In this document: piece after piece, positions 21,857 to 31,605 of the stretch | How the letters are laid out: each line of letters starts with the position of its first letter | Numbering within the stretch: the first letter of the stretch is position 1 | Assembly: GCA_963721805.1 (NCBI GenBank) | Contig: CAVRJY010000002.1 | Span: 256,001 to 320,000 of the forward strand | Length of the DNA stretch: 64,000 nucleotides | Direction of reading: 5' to 3' | Source: Nitrospirota bacterium | GTDB lineage: Bacteria > Nitrospirota > Thermodesulfovibrionia > Thermodesulfovibrionales > JdFR-86 | Translations under genes and position numbers: made by a program | The notes under the pieces: generated by a model | The model's input: the letters and a program-made list of their open reading frames with translations, nothing else | Told to the model about the DNA's origin: nothing | Databases searched by the model: none

Positions 21857-23065
21857 ATGGGCGCAAGGTATTTTGACCATGTGGCAACGAATCCGCTGAG
21901 GGCCGACGTGCTCGAGGCGATGCTCCCGTATTTCAAGGAGGAGTTCGGCAACCCGTTGAGCAACTACCGGCTCGGCGTTGCGGCGCGCGAGGCGATAGAG
22001 AAGGCAAGGGGACAGGTAGGAGAGCTTATAGGCGCGAAGCCCCAGGCTGTCATATTCACCGCAAGCGGGGCGGAGTCCAACAACATGGCCCTGCGCGGCT
22101 TGGCGCTGGCCAAGAAGGACAAGGGCACGCACGTCATAGTCTCGAAGGTCGAGCACCACTCGGTTCTGAACGCGGCGAGGTTTCTGGAGAAGTCCGGCTT
22201 CACCGTGACGTACCTGCCGATTGACGGCCACGGGCTGGTTACGCCAGAGGTGCTCAAGAAGTCCATGACCAAGGAGACCGTGCTCGTATCGGTCTCGGCC
22301 GCGAGCTCGGAGGTAGGCACGATAGAGCCGACCGCGGAACTCGCGAAGGTCGCGCACGAGGGCGGGGCGCTGTTTCACGCCGACGGGGTGGCCACGACCG
22401 GCAATATCCCGGTTGACGTGAAGGCAATGGGCGTTGACGCCTACAGTATCGCGGCGCATCAGTTTTACGGCCCCAAGGGCGCCGGAGCGCTATACGTAAA
22501 AGAGGGCACGCGCATCGTGCCGCTGATATACGGCGGGATTCAGGAGGGCGGACGCCGCGCGGGCACCGAGAACGTCCCGGCGATCGTCGGGATGGGCGCG
22601 GCGGCCGCGATAGCGCGCGCTTCCCTTGAGGGGCGCATGGCTCACTTGCTGCCGCTTCGAGACAAACTCATCGCCGGGGTGATGGAGCGCATACCTAACG
22701 TTCTGTTTACCGGAGCCCCGGCCGACCGCCTTCCGGGCCACGCGAGCTTCTGCGTGGAGTACATAGAAGGCGAGTCGATGATGATGCTATTGGAGGCGCG
22801 CGAGATACTGGTCGCGAGCGGCTCGGCCTGCTCCTCTAAGGCATTGAAATCATCGCCCGTGCTGCTGTCGATGGGCATACCGTCGCACGTGGCTCAGGGC
22901 TCTGTCGTATTTACTATGGGCGAGGGCACGACGGAGGACGACGTGACGTACGTCCTAGAGACGTTCCCCCAGATAGTGACGAGGCTTCGCGAAATCTCCC
23001 CCTACGCCGGAGGACGCGGCTGGGGCGAAAACCAGGAGGGCGCAACATGTATTCCCCAAAAGTAA
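21857..23065 (+). CDS. iscS: Cysteine desulfurase (IscS/NifS)
   Basis: YFDHVAT, EHHSV, FYGPKG, RAGTENV, SGSAC. Confidence 0.9.
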   Translation: MGARYFDHVATNPLRADVLEAMLPYFKEEFGNPLSNYRLGVAAREAIEKARGQVGELIGAKPQAVIFTASGAESNNMALRGLALAKKDKGTHVIVSKVEHHSVLNAARFLEKSGFTVTYLPIDGHGLVTPEVLKKSMTKETVLVSVSAASSEVGTIEPTAELAKVAHEGGALFHADGVATTGNIPVDVKAMGVDAYSIAAHQFYGPKGAGALYVKEGTRIVPLIYGGIQEGGRRAGTENVPAIVGMGAAAAIARASLEGRMAHLLPLRDKLIAGVMERIPNVLFTGAPADRLPGHASFCVEYIEGESMMMLLEAREILVASGSACSSKALKSSPVLLSMGIPSHVAQGSVVFTMGEGTTEDDVTYVLETFPQIVTRLREISPYAGGRGWGENQEGATCIPQK

Positions 23066-23418
23066 TGGAACACTTCATGAACCCGCGCAACGTGGGCGAG
23101 ATCGAAAACCCCGACGGCGTGGGCGAGGTCGGCAACCCGACCTGCGGCGACGCGATGAGGATCACGATCAAGGTCAAGGACGGCATCATCGAGGACGTGA
23201 AGTTCCGCACCTTCGGATGCGGCTCGGCCATCGCGGTCAGCAGCATGGTGACCGAGATGGTCAAGGGCAAGACGCTTGACGAGGGGCTCGCCATCACCAA
23301 GGACGCCGTAGCCAGCGAGCTGGGAGGCCTGCCGCCCCAGAAGATGCACTGCTCCAACCTCGGGGCCGATGCCCTGCACGCGGCCATAGCCGACTACAAA
23401 AAGAAACACCCGCAGTGA
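23047..23418 (+). CDS. iscU: Fe-S scaffold IscU/NifU-N
   Basis: YSPKVMEHF.NPRN, GNPTCGD, TFGCGSAIA, LPPQKMHCS. Confidence 0.95.
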   Translation: MYSPKVMEHFMNPRNVGEIENPDGVGEVGNPTCGDAMRITIKVKDGIIEDVKFRTFGCGSAIAVSSMVTEMVKGKTLDEGLAITKDAVASELGGLPPQKMHCSNLGADALHAAIADYKKKHPQ

Positions 23419-23655
23419 TTCTCTCGCCCCGCGGAGCGGCCCCAACAGGCCGCTTCGCGGCCGGGGCAGACTGAAACCAGCGGCAGCCGGGCGTTTTGAG
23501 TGCTGCCGCCCCCTCATGCGCCGCCAGCCGGTGCTTTCGAAAAAATGCGCGGATCGGCCCGTTTTTCGCTTGACATTTTTTTCGCGGATAGGGTATTTTT
23601 AACGTCCAAGAGGGGATTCCTCTCAATAAGTCGAAACTGAGCGAGGGTAAGAGGA

Positions 23656-24072
23656 TTGTATGCTCTAGGGTCCCATTTGTTGATTGAGCTTCGAGAGTGC
23701 GACTCCGAAGTGCTCAATAGTCTGGAGAGGGTTCGCGGGGCGCTTATCGCCGCCGCCGAACATGCGAAAGCAACTATTGTCGACGTATCATTCCACGAGT
23801 TCAACCCCTTCGGGATAAGCGGCATGGTCATCATAGCCGAATCCCACCTCAGCATCCACACATGGCCCGAGTTCGGGTACGCCGCGGTGGACATATTCAC
23901 CTGCGGAGACCTCATCAAGCCCGAAAGCGCGGCGGCGTTCCTGATCGAGGCGTTCGGCTCCAAGAGCCCCTCGGTGGTTGAGATGAAACGGGGGATACTC
24001 TCTCCGGCCGACAACAAACGATTACCCCATAAGTTCTCCGAATGCGAGGGGCTGCTCCAACCCATCGACTAA
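23656..24072 (+). CDS. speD: S-adenosylmethionine decarboxylase proenzyme (class 1B), chromosomal copy
   Basis: GSHL, IAESHLSIHTWPE, DIFTCG; TTG start with SD GAGG. Confidence 0.92.
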   Translation: MYALGSHLLIELRECDSEVLNSLERVRGALIAAAEHAKATIVDVSFHEFNPFGISGMVIIAESHLSIHTWPEFGYAAVDIFTCGDLIKPESAAAFLIEAFGSKSPSVVEMKRGILSPADNKRLPHKFSECEGLLQPID

Positions 24073-24102
24073 GCGGACACAATCCTTAATCTGCGTAATG
24101 CC

Positions 24103-24135
24103 AGGGCTCCGGTAAAACGGAGCCCTTTCTTTTTT
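24103..24135 (+). terminator. Terminator after speD
   Basis: AGGGCTCCG/CGGAGCCCT stem + T-tract. Confidence 0.85.
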
Positions 24136-24136
24136 G

Positions 24137-24259
24137 AAAGCGCGTTAAATACGCGTGATACGTTGTCACGGCTTCGAAGACGCGCCCTCGGAGTACGTCT
24201 CAGTACACCGTCGGGCGGTCTTCTTGCCCTTCCTAGTCTGACGCGATTTATCGCGCTTT
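24137..24259 (-). repeat. 123-bp palindromic interspersed element (ERIC/MITE-like), copy 1
   Basis: Terminal AAAGCGCG/CGCGCTTT, central GTAC-N6-GTAC; reverse complement aligns along its length with 31992-32114. Confidence 0.75.
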
Positions 24260-24388
24260 GCGAAGTGCGCGGCTCCGCCGCTGCCTCCGCGCCTCGTGGT
24301 CAGCGGCATTATTCAGAGATGAGCGCTATCGCGCGAATAGGGACCGGGGGCCAGTCGGCCCCCGGCCCCCTTCCGAATAAGATGCTGA

Positions 24389-24550
24389 TTACTTCTCTGA
24401 GCCGCAACAGGACTGAGACGGCGCATTTTTTCCGCCGCAGCAGCCTTTGAACATGGACATGCAGCTCTCCTTGAAGCCCTCGCCGGTAAAGTTGATCTGG
24501 CAACCGTCCTCGGTCTCGGACACCTTCATGCTACAGCATTCCTTTTCCAT
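24389..24550 (-). CDS. 53-aa Cys-rich peptide (metallothionein/metallochaperone-like), absent from the ORF track
   Basis: MEKECCSMKVSETEDGCQINFTGEGFKESCMSMFKGCCGGKNAPSQSCCGSEK; strong SD GGGAGGTG; downstream hairpin at 24340-24370. Confidence 0.8.
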   Translation of the reverse strand: MEKECCSMKVSETEDGCQINFTGEGFKESCMSMFKGCCGGKNAPSQSCCGSEK

Positions 24551-24580
24551 GATTATTCACCTCCCTTCAGCCTCTGACTA

Positions 24581-24596
24581 TTCGAGAACACTCGAA
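24581..24596. promoter_or_regulatory. Candidate ArsR operator
   Basis: Perfect TTCGAG-AACA-CTCGAA palindrome between arsR and the Cys-rich peptide. Confidence 0.55.
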
Positions 24597-24616
24597 CAAA
24601 GCGCGCAAAAAAAAGG

Positions 24617-24961
24617 CTATTCCAGAAATTTTTTGATCGCCTCCACCGCAGCGCTGTTGACCTTGCAGCGGAAGAGCTGCCCGTCGCGCTCGCAGGTCAC
24701 GAGCCCGGCGGCCTGCAGCTCCTTGAAGTGGTGCGATATCGTCGAGCGCGAGAGATCCATGCAGTCGCAGACCTGTGTGAAGGCCCTCTCGATGCCCCCT
24801 TCAGAGCCACAGCAGGAGCTCCCCTTCATGCGAAACTCTGCGCCGACCATCGACCCCTCCGGCACGCAGCAGTTTTTGTAGAGCATGACGAATATCCTGA
24901 GCCGCTGCTCGTTGGAGAGGGCCTTGAAGATCCTGGCATAGTTCGAAAGTTCCACGATCAT
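24617..24961 (-). CDS. ArsR/SmtB-family metalloregulator with Cys-rich insert
   Basis: FKALSNEQRLRI, LSRSTISHHFKEL..AGLV; two CC pairs and CDC. Confidence 0.9.
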   Translation of the reverse strand: MIVELSNYARIFKALSNEQRLRIFVMLYKNCCVPEGSMVGAEFRMKGSSCCGSEGGIERAFTQVCDCMDLSRSTISHHFKELQAAGLVTCERDGQLFRCKVNSAAVEAIKKFLE

Positions 24962-25012
24962 AGAATAACAGTATCTCCAGCCCTTGTCAAGCGGGGGGGC
25001 TATTGATCCGTT

Positions 25013-27481
25013 TTAAGTGACCGCGCGAGGGACGAGCCACCTGATCAGCCACACCTTTATCGCGTCATTGACGCCGAGGCATGCGAGGAACGCGTACCCA
25101 AGGATCGTGAGCGTCTGCCACCATGGAAGGGGCATGAGGCCGGGCAGGCCGACGAGGGTCAGGGCGGTGCCGATCAGGGTCTCGGCGATGGTCGCGCCCA
25201 TCAGGGTCTTGCTCGGCATCGTAGTCCAGAACCAGCTTCGCTCCCTCCCGGAGATGATCGAGACCGTACCGAAGTAAAGCAGCGTCAGGAAGCTGAAGGT
25301 GTAAAGCGCATTGTCGCTGGTCGCGAGCCCGAAACGCGTCCAGCATATCCACAGGAGCAGCAGGGCCTCGACGAGCGTCGCGATGCCGATAGCGACCGAG
25401 ACGATGATGAACCCGCCGATCCGCCATGTCTCTGGTCTCCTCGAGGGACGGACGTTGTCCGTGGCGAGCGATATCTTTCCGGCGTCGGTCAGGAAGACCT
25501 GAAGCAGCATCGCGAAGGCCGAGATGACGAAATGGCCGGTTATGACGAACGCGACCGCGACGAACGCGGACTTAAGGATCGTCCGGCTGATCTTGTTGAT
25601 GATCCACGTAAGGATGCGCTGGTAGATCGTCCGGCCCTGCGTTACGAGCTCGACTATGTTCGTCAGGCCGGGCTCGGTGAGCACGACGCTCGCAGCGCCC
25701 TTGGCCACGTCGGTCGCGGCGCTGACGGCTATGCCGACCTCGGCCTGCCGGAGCGCGGGGGCGTCGTTTACGCCGTCGCCGGTCATGCCGGTGACATGGC
25801 CCGCGGCCTGGAGGTGCTGCACCACGATGTACTTGTCCTCGGGATAGACCTCGGCGAACCCGTCCGCGCCCCTTAGCAGGTCGACCGCCTCGCCTCCGGG
25901 CTGCGCTGCCGCCGCCTTCAGGTCGGCCACGCGCCGGATGTTCGGAAGCCCTACGCCCGCGCCGATCTCAGAGCCCACCGCGAGCGCATCTCCGGTGAGC
26001 ATCTTGACCGAGACGCCGAGGTCTTTGAGTTCCGCGATCAGCTCCCTGGCGTCCGGACGGGGCGGGTCATACAGTGTGACCAGCCCTAGAAGCGTGAGCG
26101 GGCCGGTCTCGGGCCCGCGCGCTACAGCGAGCGTCCTGTAGCCCTTTGAAGCCGAATCGCTGACACGCGCCTCCAGGGCCTCAATCTCCGGGAGCGCGAG
26201 CCCGCAGGCCGCGGCTACCGTGCGCACAGCGCCCTTGATCACCCTTGTGCGCTGGCCGAACTGCTCGACCAATGCTTCAGTGCGCCTGATTTTCGCGTCA
26301 AACGGGATGAACGATATTGGGGTGGCCGGTGCGATGTTGTTAAACGCGCCCCGGGCCTTCGCCGCGGCGAGGAAGGCCAGGTCGATCGGATCCTGATTGG
26401 CCTCCTGCGAGGCCAGCGCCCCGGCGGCCAGCACCCCGGCCTCGGTGGCATGCCCGATCGGGATAACTCCGGTTACGGCGAGCTGGTTTTGCGTGATCGT
26501 GCCGGTCTTGTCCACGCACAGGACGTCCATCGTCGCTGCGTCCTCCGAGGCGCTCAGCCGCGTGACCAGCACGCCGCGCTTGGCGAGTTCGTTGGAGCCG
26601 ACGGCCATGCTTACGGTGAACATCACCGGCAGCGCCACAGGCACCGCGCTCATCAGGAGCACGAGCAGCAGCGGGAGCACCTCCAGGATCGGCAGGCCGC
26701 GCAGCAGCGACATCACGGCCACGACTGCCATCAGCACGCCCACGATCACGAAGAGCCAGCGCACGATGCCGGCCACGACCCCCTCGATATGGAGCTTGGG
26801 GCGCGCCTGCTGGACGAGTTCGGTGGTGCGGCCGAAATACGTCTTCGCGCCGGTGAGTATGACCACGCCGTTGCCCTCGCCCCGGCGCACGACCGATCCC
26901 GAGGAGAGCACCTCGCCGGGTGCACGGTTTACGTCCCTCGACTCTCCGGTGAGCACGGACTGGTCGACCCGCAGGGTCCCGGTGAGGAGTTTAATGTCCG
27001 CAGGGACGATATCGCCCGGCCGCACGCGGACTATATCGCCCGGCACGAGTTCGCGGGCCGCTATGACCTGCCATGCGGCATCGCGCAGGACGCGGGCGCT
27101 GACCTGGAGCCTCCGCCGCAGCGCCTCGACCACGCCCGCCGCGCGGAGCTCCTGCATGTAGCTTAGCGCGGCGTTGACGACCAGAAGCGCGCTTACGACC
27201 GCGAGGTCGGAGTATTTGTGGAGCGCGGCCGAGAGCGCCATGATCACCTCGAGCATCCAGGCCGAGAGGCCCCAGAACTTGCTAAGGAACATCAGGACCG
27301 GGTGCTTCTTTCGCTCCGTGACCTCGTTGTAGCCGTGCTCATGCAGGCGAAGCTGCGCCTCGGCCTGCGTCAGGCCGGCCGCGGGGTCCACGCGGAGCGC
27401 GGCGAGGGTGTCAGCGACCGTAGCGGCCGCGATGTCCGGTGCGGCCGCAGGGCCGGCAGCTGTCGGGCCATGTTGCTCCAT
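25013..27481 (-). CDS. P-type H+-exporting ATPase (type IIIA-like)
   Basis: TGES, VPVALP, DKTGT, QDPID, KGA, TGDGVNDAPAL. Confidence 0.85.
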   Translation of the reverse strand: MEQHGPTAAGPAAAPDIAAATVADTLAALRVDPAAGLTQAEAQLRLHEHGYNEVTERKKHPVLMFLSKFWGLSAWMLEVIMALSAALHKYSDLAVVSALLVVNAALSYMQELRAAGVVEALRRRLQVSARVLRDAAWQVIAARELVPGDIVRVRPGDIVPADIKLLTGTLRVDQSVLTGESRDVNRAPGEVLSSGSVVRRGEGNGVVILTGAKTYFGRTTELVQQARPKLHIEGVVAGIVRWLFVIVGVLMAVVAVMSLLRGLPILEVLPLLLVLLMSAVPVALPVMFTVSMAVGSNELAKRGVLVTRLSASEDAATMDVLCVDKTGTITQNQLAVTGVIPIGHATEAGVLAAGALASQEANQDPIDLAFLAAAKARGAFNNIAPATPISFIPFDAKIRRTEALVEQFGQRTRVIKGAVRTVAAACGLALPEIEALEARVSDSASKGYRTLAVARGPETGPLTLLGLVTLYDPPRPDARELIAELKDLGVSVKMLTGDALAVGSEIGAGVGLPNIRRVADLKAAAAQPGGEAVDLLRGADGFAEVYPEDKYIVVQHLQAAGHVTGMTGDGVNDAPALRQAEVGIAVSAATDVAKGAASVVLTEPGLTNIVELVTQGRTIYQRILTWIINKISRTILKSAFVAVAFVITGHFVISAFAMLLQVFLTDAGKISLATDNVRPSRRPETWRIGGFIIVSVAIGIATLVEALLLLWICWTRFGLATSDNALYTFSFLTLLYFGTVSIISGRERSWFWTTMPSKTLMGATIAETLIGTALTLVGLPGLMPLPWWQTLTILGYAFLACLGVNDAIKVWLIRWLVPRAVT

Positions 27482-27611
27482 GTCTCAAAGATACCACAGC
27501 CGCGGCTCTCATGCCAGGGATGGCAAGCCCGGCGGCCTTGTTGCGCGGCCCGCTGGCAGGTGATAACATTTAGTACGGCGCAGTCTCCTTAAGAGTGTAT
27601 GGGGGTAAAGA

Positions 27612-29963
27612 GTGAAACTATCGCTGGGGACGCGGACGCAGATTATCGTCGCCTGCACGCTGGCGGTCGTCTTCGGCGCGGCCCTCTACATATCGGTCCG
27701 GGCGCTGCACTCCAACTTCAGGGAATACGAGACCCACGAGGCCTCGGACGAACTCGCCCGCGCCCAGGAGCAGATCAACGAACACATCCGCCAGCTCGAG
27801 GCCCACGCCAAGGACTATGGCGCGTGGGACGATACCGTGCGCTTCATCGAGGGCGAGTACCCCAAATACCCATCGGTAGATATAGATACAAGCGTTTACG
27901 GCAACCTCGATATCGATCTCGTCGTGATCACGGACCTCCACGGCAAGGTGCTCTACCAGGCCATGCGCATGCGTGACTACCCAGGGACGCGCATACGCAA
28001 CGGCATCGCGCGCAAGGACGAACTCGGCGATATCCCGGAGGCGTTACTGCGCAAGATCAGCTCTCTGGCGCCCATAAGCGAGCGCCGCTCCGGGCTGCTG
28101 GAATTCGGCGGCGCGCCGGTGGCGGTTGCGGGCTATAACGTCACGCATTCAAACGGCGAGGGGCAGTTCGGCACGATCTTCATGGGCAAGGTGCTCGACG
28201 CAACGGTCATGGAGAAGTACTCGAGGCTCGCGCAGACCGGCGTGGCCCTGAGCCCGGCCTCGCCGGCGCAGCGGATGGCAGGCGAGAAGATCGAGATAGG
28301 GGCCCACAGCTGGACCGCCCGGAAGCTCATCGCCGGACATGCCTGGCAGGGCTTGTTCCTGCTGACCACGACCGGCGAGAGGGACATGCTCCCTCAGCTG
28401 AGGACCAGCGAGCTGGTGCTCGGGCTCAACCTCGTATTGCTCTCGGTCGTCTGCGTGGTGCTGGTCAGCGCGGTCCTCTACCGGCTTGTGCTCAGGAGGA
28501 TCCGGAATTTTGCGATGCAGGCCGATCTCCTGAGCAAGGGTGACGACGAGACCCTCCGCATGCCTGTAAGCCGCAACAATGACGAGCTGGACTACCTGGC
28601 CGGGGCGCTAAACGGGCTCGTCGACGCGCTACAGAGCACGCAGCAGAGGATCATAAAAGACGCAGAGAGCGACTGCCTCACGGGGCTCGGCAACAGGAGC
28701 TTCCTGATGAACCGCCTTTCGCTCGCGTGCGCCCTGCGCGAGCGCGACCCGAACTACCGCTTCGCCCTGTACATGATCGACCTCGACGGGTTTAAGAACA
28801 TCAACGATTCCTTCGGCCACAACACCGGCGACCAGGTGCTGCGAATCATAGCCGGCCGCATCCTGAGCCACACGCGGCAGTCCGACACCGCGGTGCGCCT
28901 CGGCGGGGACGAATTCGTCATCCTGCAGATGAACACCGGCAGCGCGCAGGACAGCGACGCCTTTGCCCGGAGGATCATAAGCGGGATCGCGGAGCCGTTT
29001 CAGTGCGACGGGCAGATACTGGACATAACAGCGAGCATGGGGATCAGCATGAGCATAGACCTTACGGACAAGCGCGCCCCGCAGGATTTCCTGCGCGACG
29101 CGGACATCGCGATGTATGCGGCGAAGAAAGAGGGCAAGAACCGCCACAGCTTCTTCTGCACCGAGATGGGCAGCATGGTCAGCGAACGCCTCGCGCTCGT
29201 GCACGACATGAAGGCCGCTATCGGGCGCGGCGAACTCGAGGTCTGGTATCAGCCGATCGTATCGCTGGCGGAGGGCAAGGTAGTGGAGCTCGAGGCCCTC
29301 GCGCGGTGGAGGCATCCGTCGCGCGGGCTCATAACGCCCGACTTTTTCATCCCGATAGCGGAGGAAAGCAACATGATCGTCGCGCTCGACCGCTGGGTGC
29401 TCGACGAGGCGCTCGGGGGGCTTTCAAGGATGAGGGCGATAGAGCCGAACCTCTCGGTGAGCGTCAACGTCTCGATCCGCAATTTCCTGCAGCCCGACCT
29501 CACGGATGTGATAACCGCGGCTCTTAAGGACAAGGGCCTCCCCCCGCAGGCGCTGAGCGTGGAGCTGACCGAGACCGACATAGCCCGCAACGAGGCGACC
29601 CTGGTGGGCGAGATCAGGCAGCTGACCGATCTGGGCGTGCGCTGCCTGATGGACGATTTCGGCAGCGGGTACTCCTCCCTCGGGCGGCTCGACCTGCTGC
29701 CGGTGCATACGCTCAAGATGGACCGCGCGTTCATAAGGCGCATCAACGAGGGCGACCGGCGCATAGTCGAGGCGGTCATCAACATGGCCCACGCGCTGGA
29801 GAAGAAGGTCGTGGCCGAGGGGATCGAGACCGAGCTTCAGGTCGAAGTGCTGCAATCGCTCGGTTGCGACCTGTTTCAGGGGTATCTCTTCGCCCGTCCC
29901 ATGCCTGAGCCTGAACTTACGCAGCTGTTGAAAGAAGGAATACTGGCGCTTAATCGCCCCTGA
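27612..29963 (+). CDS. CHASE4-HAMP-GGDEF-EAL protein
   Basis: DYGAWDDT (CHASE4-like), RLGGDEF, EALARW, DDFGSGYSSL, VAEGIE. Confidence 0.92.
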   Translation: MKLSLGTRTQIIVACTLAVVFGAALYISVRALHSNFREYETHEASDELARAQEQINEHIRQLEAHAKDYGAWDDTVRFIEGEYPKYPSVDIDTSVYGNLDIDLVVITDLHGKVLYQAMRMRDYPGTRIRNGIARKDELGDIPEALLRKISSLAPISERRSGLLEFGGAPVAVAGYNVTHSNGEGQFGTIFMGKVLDATVMEKYSRLAQTGVALSPASPAQRMAGEKIEIGAHSWTARKLIAGHAWQGLFLLTTTGERDMLPQLRTSELVLGLNLVLLSVVCVVLVSAVLYRLVLRRIRNFAMQADLLSKGDDETLRMPVSRNNDELDYLAGALNGLVDALQSTQQRIIKDAESDCLTGLGNRSFLMNRLSLACALRERDPNYRFALYMIDLDGFKNINDSFGHNTGDQVLRIIAGRILSHTRQSDTAVRLGGDEFVILQMNTGSAQDSDAFARRIISGIAEPFQCDGQILDITASMGISMSIDLTDKRAPQDFLRDADIAMYAAKKEGKNRHSFFCTEMGSMVSERLALVHDMKAAIGRGELEVWYQPIVSLAEGKVVELEALARWRHPSRGLITPDFFIPIAEESNMIVALDRWVLDEALGGLSRMRAIEPNLSVSVNVSIRNFLQPDLTDVITAALKDKGLPPQALSVELTETDIARNEATLVGEIRQLTDLGVRCLMDDFGSGYSSLGRLDLLPVHTLKMDRAFIRRINEGDRRIVEAVINMAHALEKKVVAEGIETELQVEVLQSLGCDLFQGYLFARPMPEPELTQLLKEGILALNRP

Positions 29964-30033
29964 GACGCACGCTCCTTGGATGCGCGAAATCGCTTGAGCC
30001 CGCCAAAAGGCCTCAAAGATCCGCCCTCGAACC

Positions 30034-30222
30034 TTAAGTCACGTCATCCGCGCTGTTTAAGAGGGCCTCGGCGCTATCGAAGGCAATGCGCTTTTCCTTG
30101 TCCGAGGCGAGTATCCGGGCTCTCTCGCTGTGGTGTTTGAGGAAGTTGGCGAAATCGACGACCTCGGCCTGCTGCTCCTCGGAGAGGGTATCGATTAGCT
30201 CCATGATTTTCGCCCTGTCCAT
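30034..30222 (-). CDS. Small DUF2281-like (antitoxin-like) protein
   Basis: 62 aa, L.EEQQAEVVDFANFL pattern. Confidence 0.6.
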   Translation of the reverse strand: MDRAKIMELIDTLSEEQQAEVVDFANFLKHHSERARILASDKEKRIAFDSAEALLNSADDVT

Positions 30223-30367
30223 TCCTAGATTATATCATCTGCCAAAGTGCCCGTGGAGCACCCGCAGGAGATTATTAACTGCTGTTTAACCTTATGAAGC
30301 ATAAAACCCCGGAACGCGTCAATGGGAACTGGTTCCCAGGAACTGGTTCCCATTGACTGGTTCCGCC

Positions 30368-31567
30368 TGTAAAAGTCCAGTGCTCTCCGGACAGTTTTCC
30401 ATCTCATCGGTCGCACTGATCAGGCGGCCTCCTCCTCAGCTTTCTGTCTTAGCTTTTTGCCCAGCTCGATAGTTTCTATTGGCCGTCTGCCCATGTTGCG
30501 ATAGCCCTTGTGAGGGCGCTCGTTGTTGTAGTGGTGCAGCCACCGGTCGAGGTCATACTGCAGCTCATCGAGCGATGCGTAGAACCGGTACCTGAACGTC
30601 TCCGAGAAGAACTCGTCCAGGATGGTGCGATTAAACCGCTCCACGAATCCGTTTGTCCTCGGTGTCGCCACCTTCGTCCTTCGATGCGCGATGTCGTGAA
30701 GCGCCAGAAACAGCTCGTACGGATGCCGCAGCAGCTTGCCGCAGTACTCCGAGCCGTTGTCCGTCAGGACATGCTGGACCCTGATGCCATGGTCCTCGTA
30801 AAACGGCAGCACGCGGTCGTAGAGCACGTCGGCCGCCGTCTCGGGCCTCTTCGACGTGTACAGCTTGCCGAAGGCATAAGAGCCGTACGTGTCCACCACG
30901 GCCTGCAGATACACGGTCCCGATGCCCTTGAGCTTGCCCACCGTGAAGGTGTCCTGGCTGAGCAGATAGCCCGGATATGCGCTCTCCACATGCCTTTCCC
31001 TGAAGCACGGATTGGCCCGCTCGATGAGCTTGACCTGCTCCTCCGTTAGCTCGATCTCCTTGCCGTTAGCCTCCTGCTCAAGCCGGAGGATGCGCTTGGC
31101 CTTCGACTCCAGCCCCTCGCGAACCTGGATGCGATACACAGTTGAGGGACGCACCAATATGCCCTCCAGAAGCAGGTGCTCGAAGATGCGCTGCTTCCCC
31201 CACCGGGGGTGAGCAAGGCTCATCTCGATCACTCGCTTGCGGGCCTCCTCAGGCGTCTTGTGGGGACAGCTACGCGCTATCGGCGGAAGGTCCGCGAGCC
31301 CCGCAAACCCCTGCTCCTGAAACGCCCGCTTGTACTCGTAAAACTGGCTGCGGCTCACCCCCCGGCGGCGACAGGCCTCCGACACGTTCCTGAGCCTCTC
31401 GGCCAGCTGAAGCATTGAAAGCCTCCCTTGTGATATCTTTTCTTTGGCAGTCATGCCCTTCCTCCTTCGGTCTGTGTTTTGTGGTGAAACATTCTAACCG
31501 ATGGAAGGGCTGGCTGCCGCCTGCTTTTTCCAGCCTGATACTGTCCGGTAAGAGCGTAACCTTTACA
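30368..31567 (-). mobile_element. Complete IS481-family insertion sequence (1200 bp)
   Basis: TGT..ACA ends; imperfect IRs TGTAAA.G..CCGGACAGT; 7-bp direct repeat TTCCGCC at 30361-30367 and 31568-31574. Confidence 0.93.
30420..31454 (-). CDS. IS481-family DDE transposase
   Basis: N-terminal HTH (NVSEACRRRGVSRSQFY), LTDNGSEY, TNGFVERFNRT, YNNERPH. Confidence 0.95.
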   Translation of the reverse strand: MTAKEKISQGRLSMLQLAERLRNVSEACRRRGVSRSQFYEYKRAFQEQGFAGLADLPPIARSCPHKTPEEARKRVIEMSLAHPRWGKQRIFEHLLLEGILVRPSTVYRIQVREGLESKAKRILRLEQEANGKEIELTEEQVKLIERANPCFRERHVESAYPGYLLSQDTFTVGKLKGIGTVYLQAVVDTYGSYAFGKLYTSKRPETAADVLYDRVLPFYEDHGIRVQHVLTDNGSEYCGKLLRHPYELFLALHDIAHRRTKVATPRTNGFVERFNRTILDEFFSETFRYRFYASLDELQYDLDRWLHHYNNERPHKGYRNMGRRPIETIELGKKLRQKAEEEAA

Positions 31568-31605
31568 TTCCGCCCTGCCGTTCTATCATCGCGCATGTTA
31601 TATAT

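Noticed and set aside
30034..30416. Complete toxin-antitoxin pair
   Set aside because: Only the DUF2281-like gene is credible; no recognisable toxin ORF is adjacent, and 30225-30416 starts inside the IS end.
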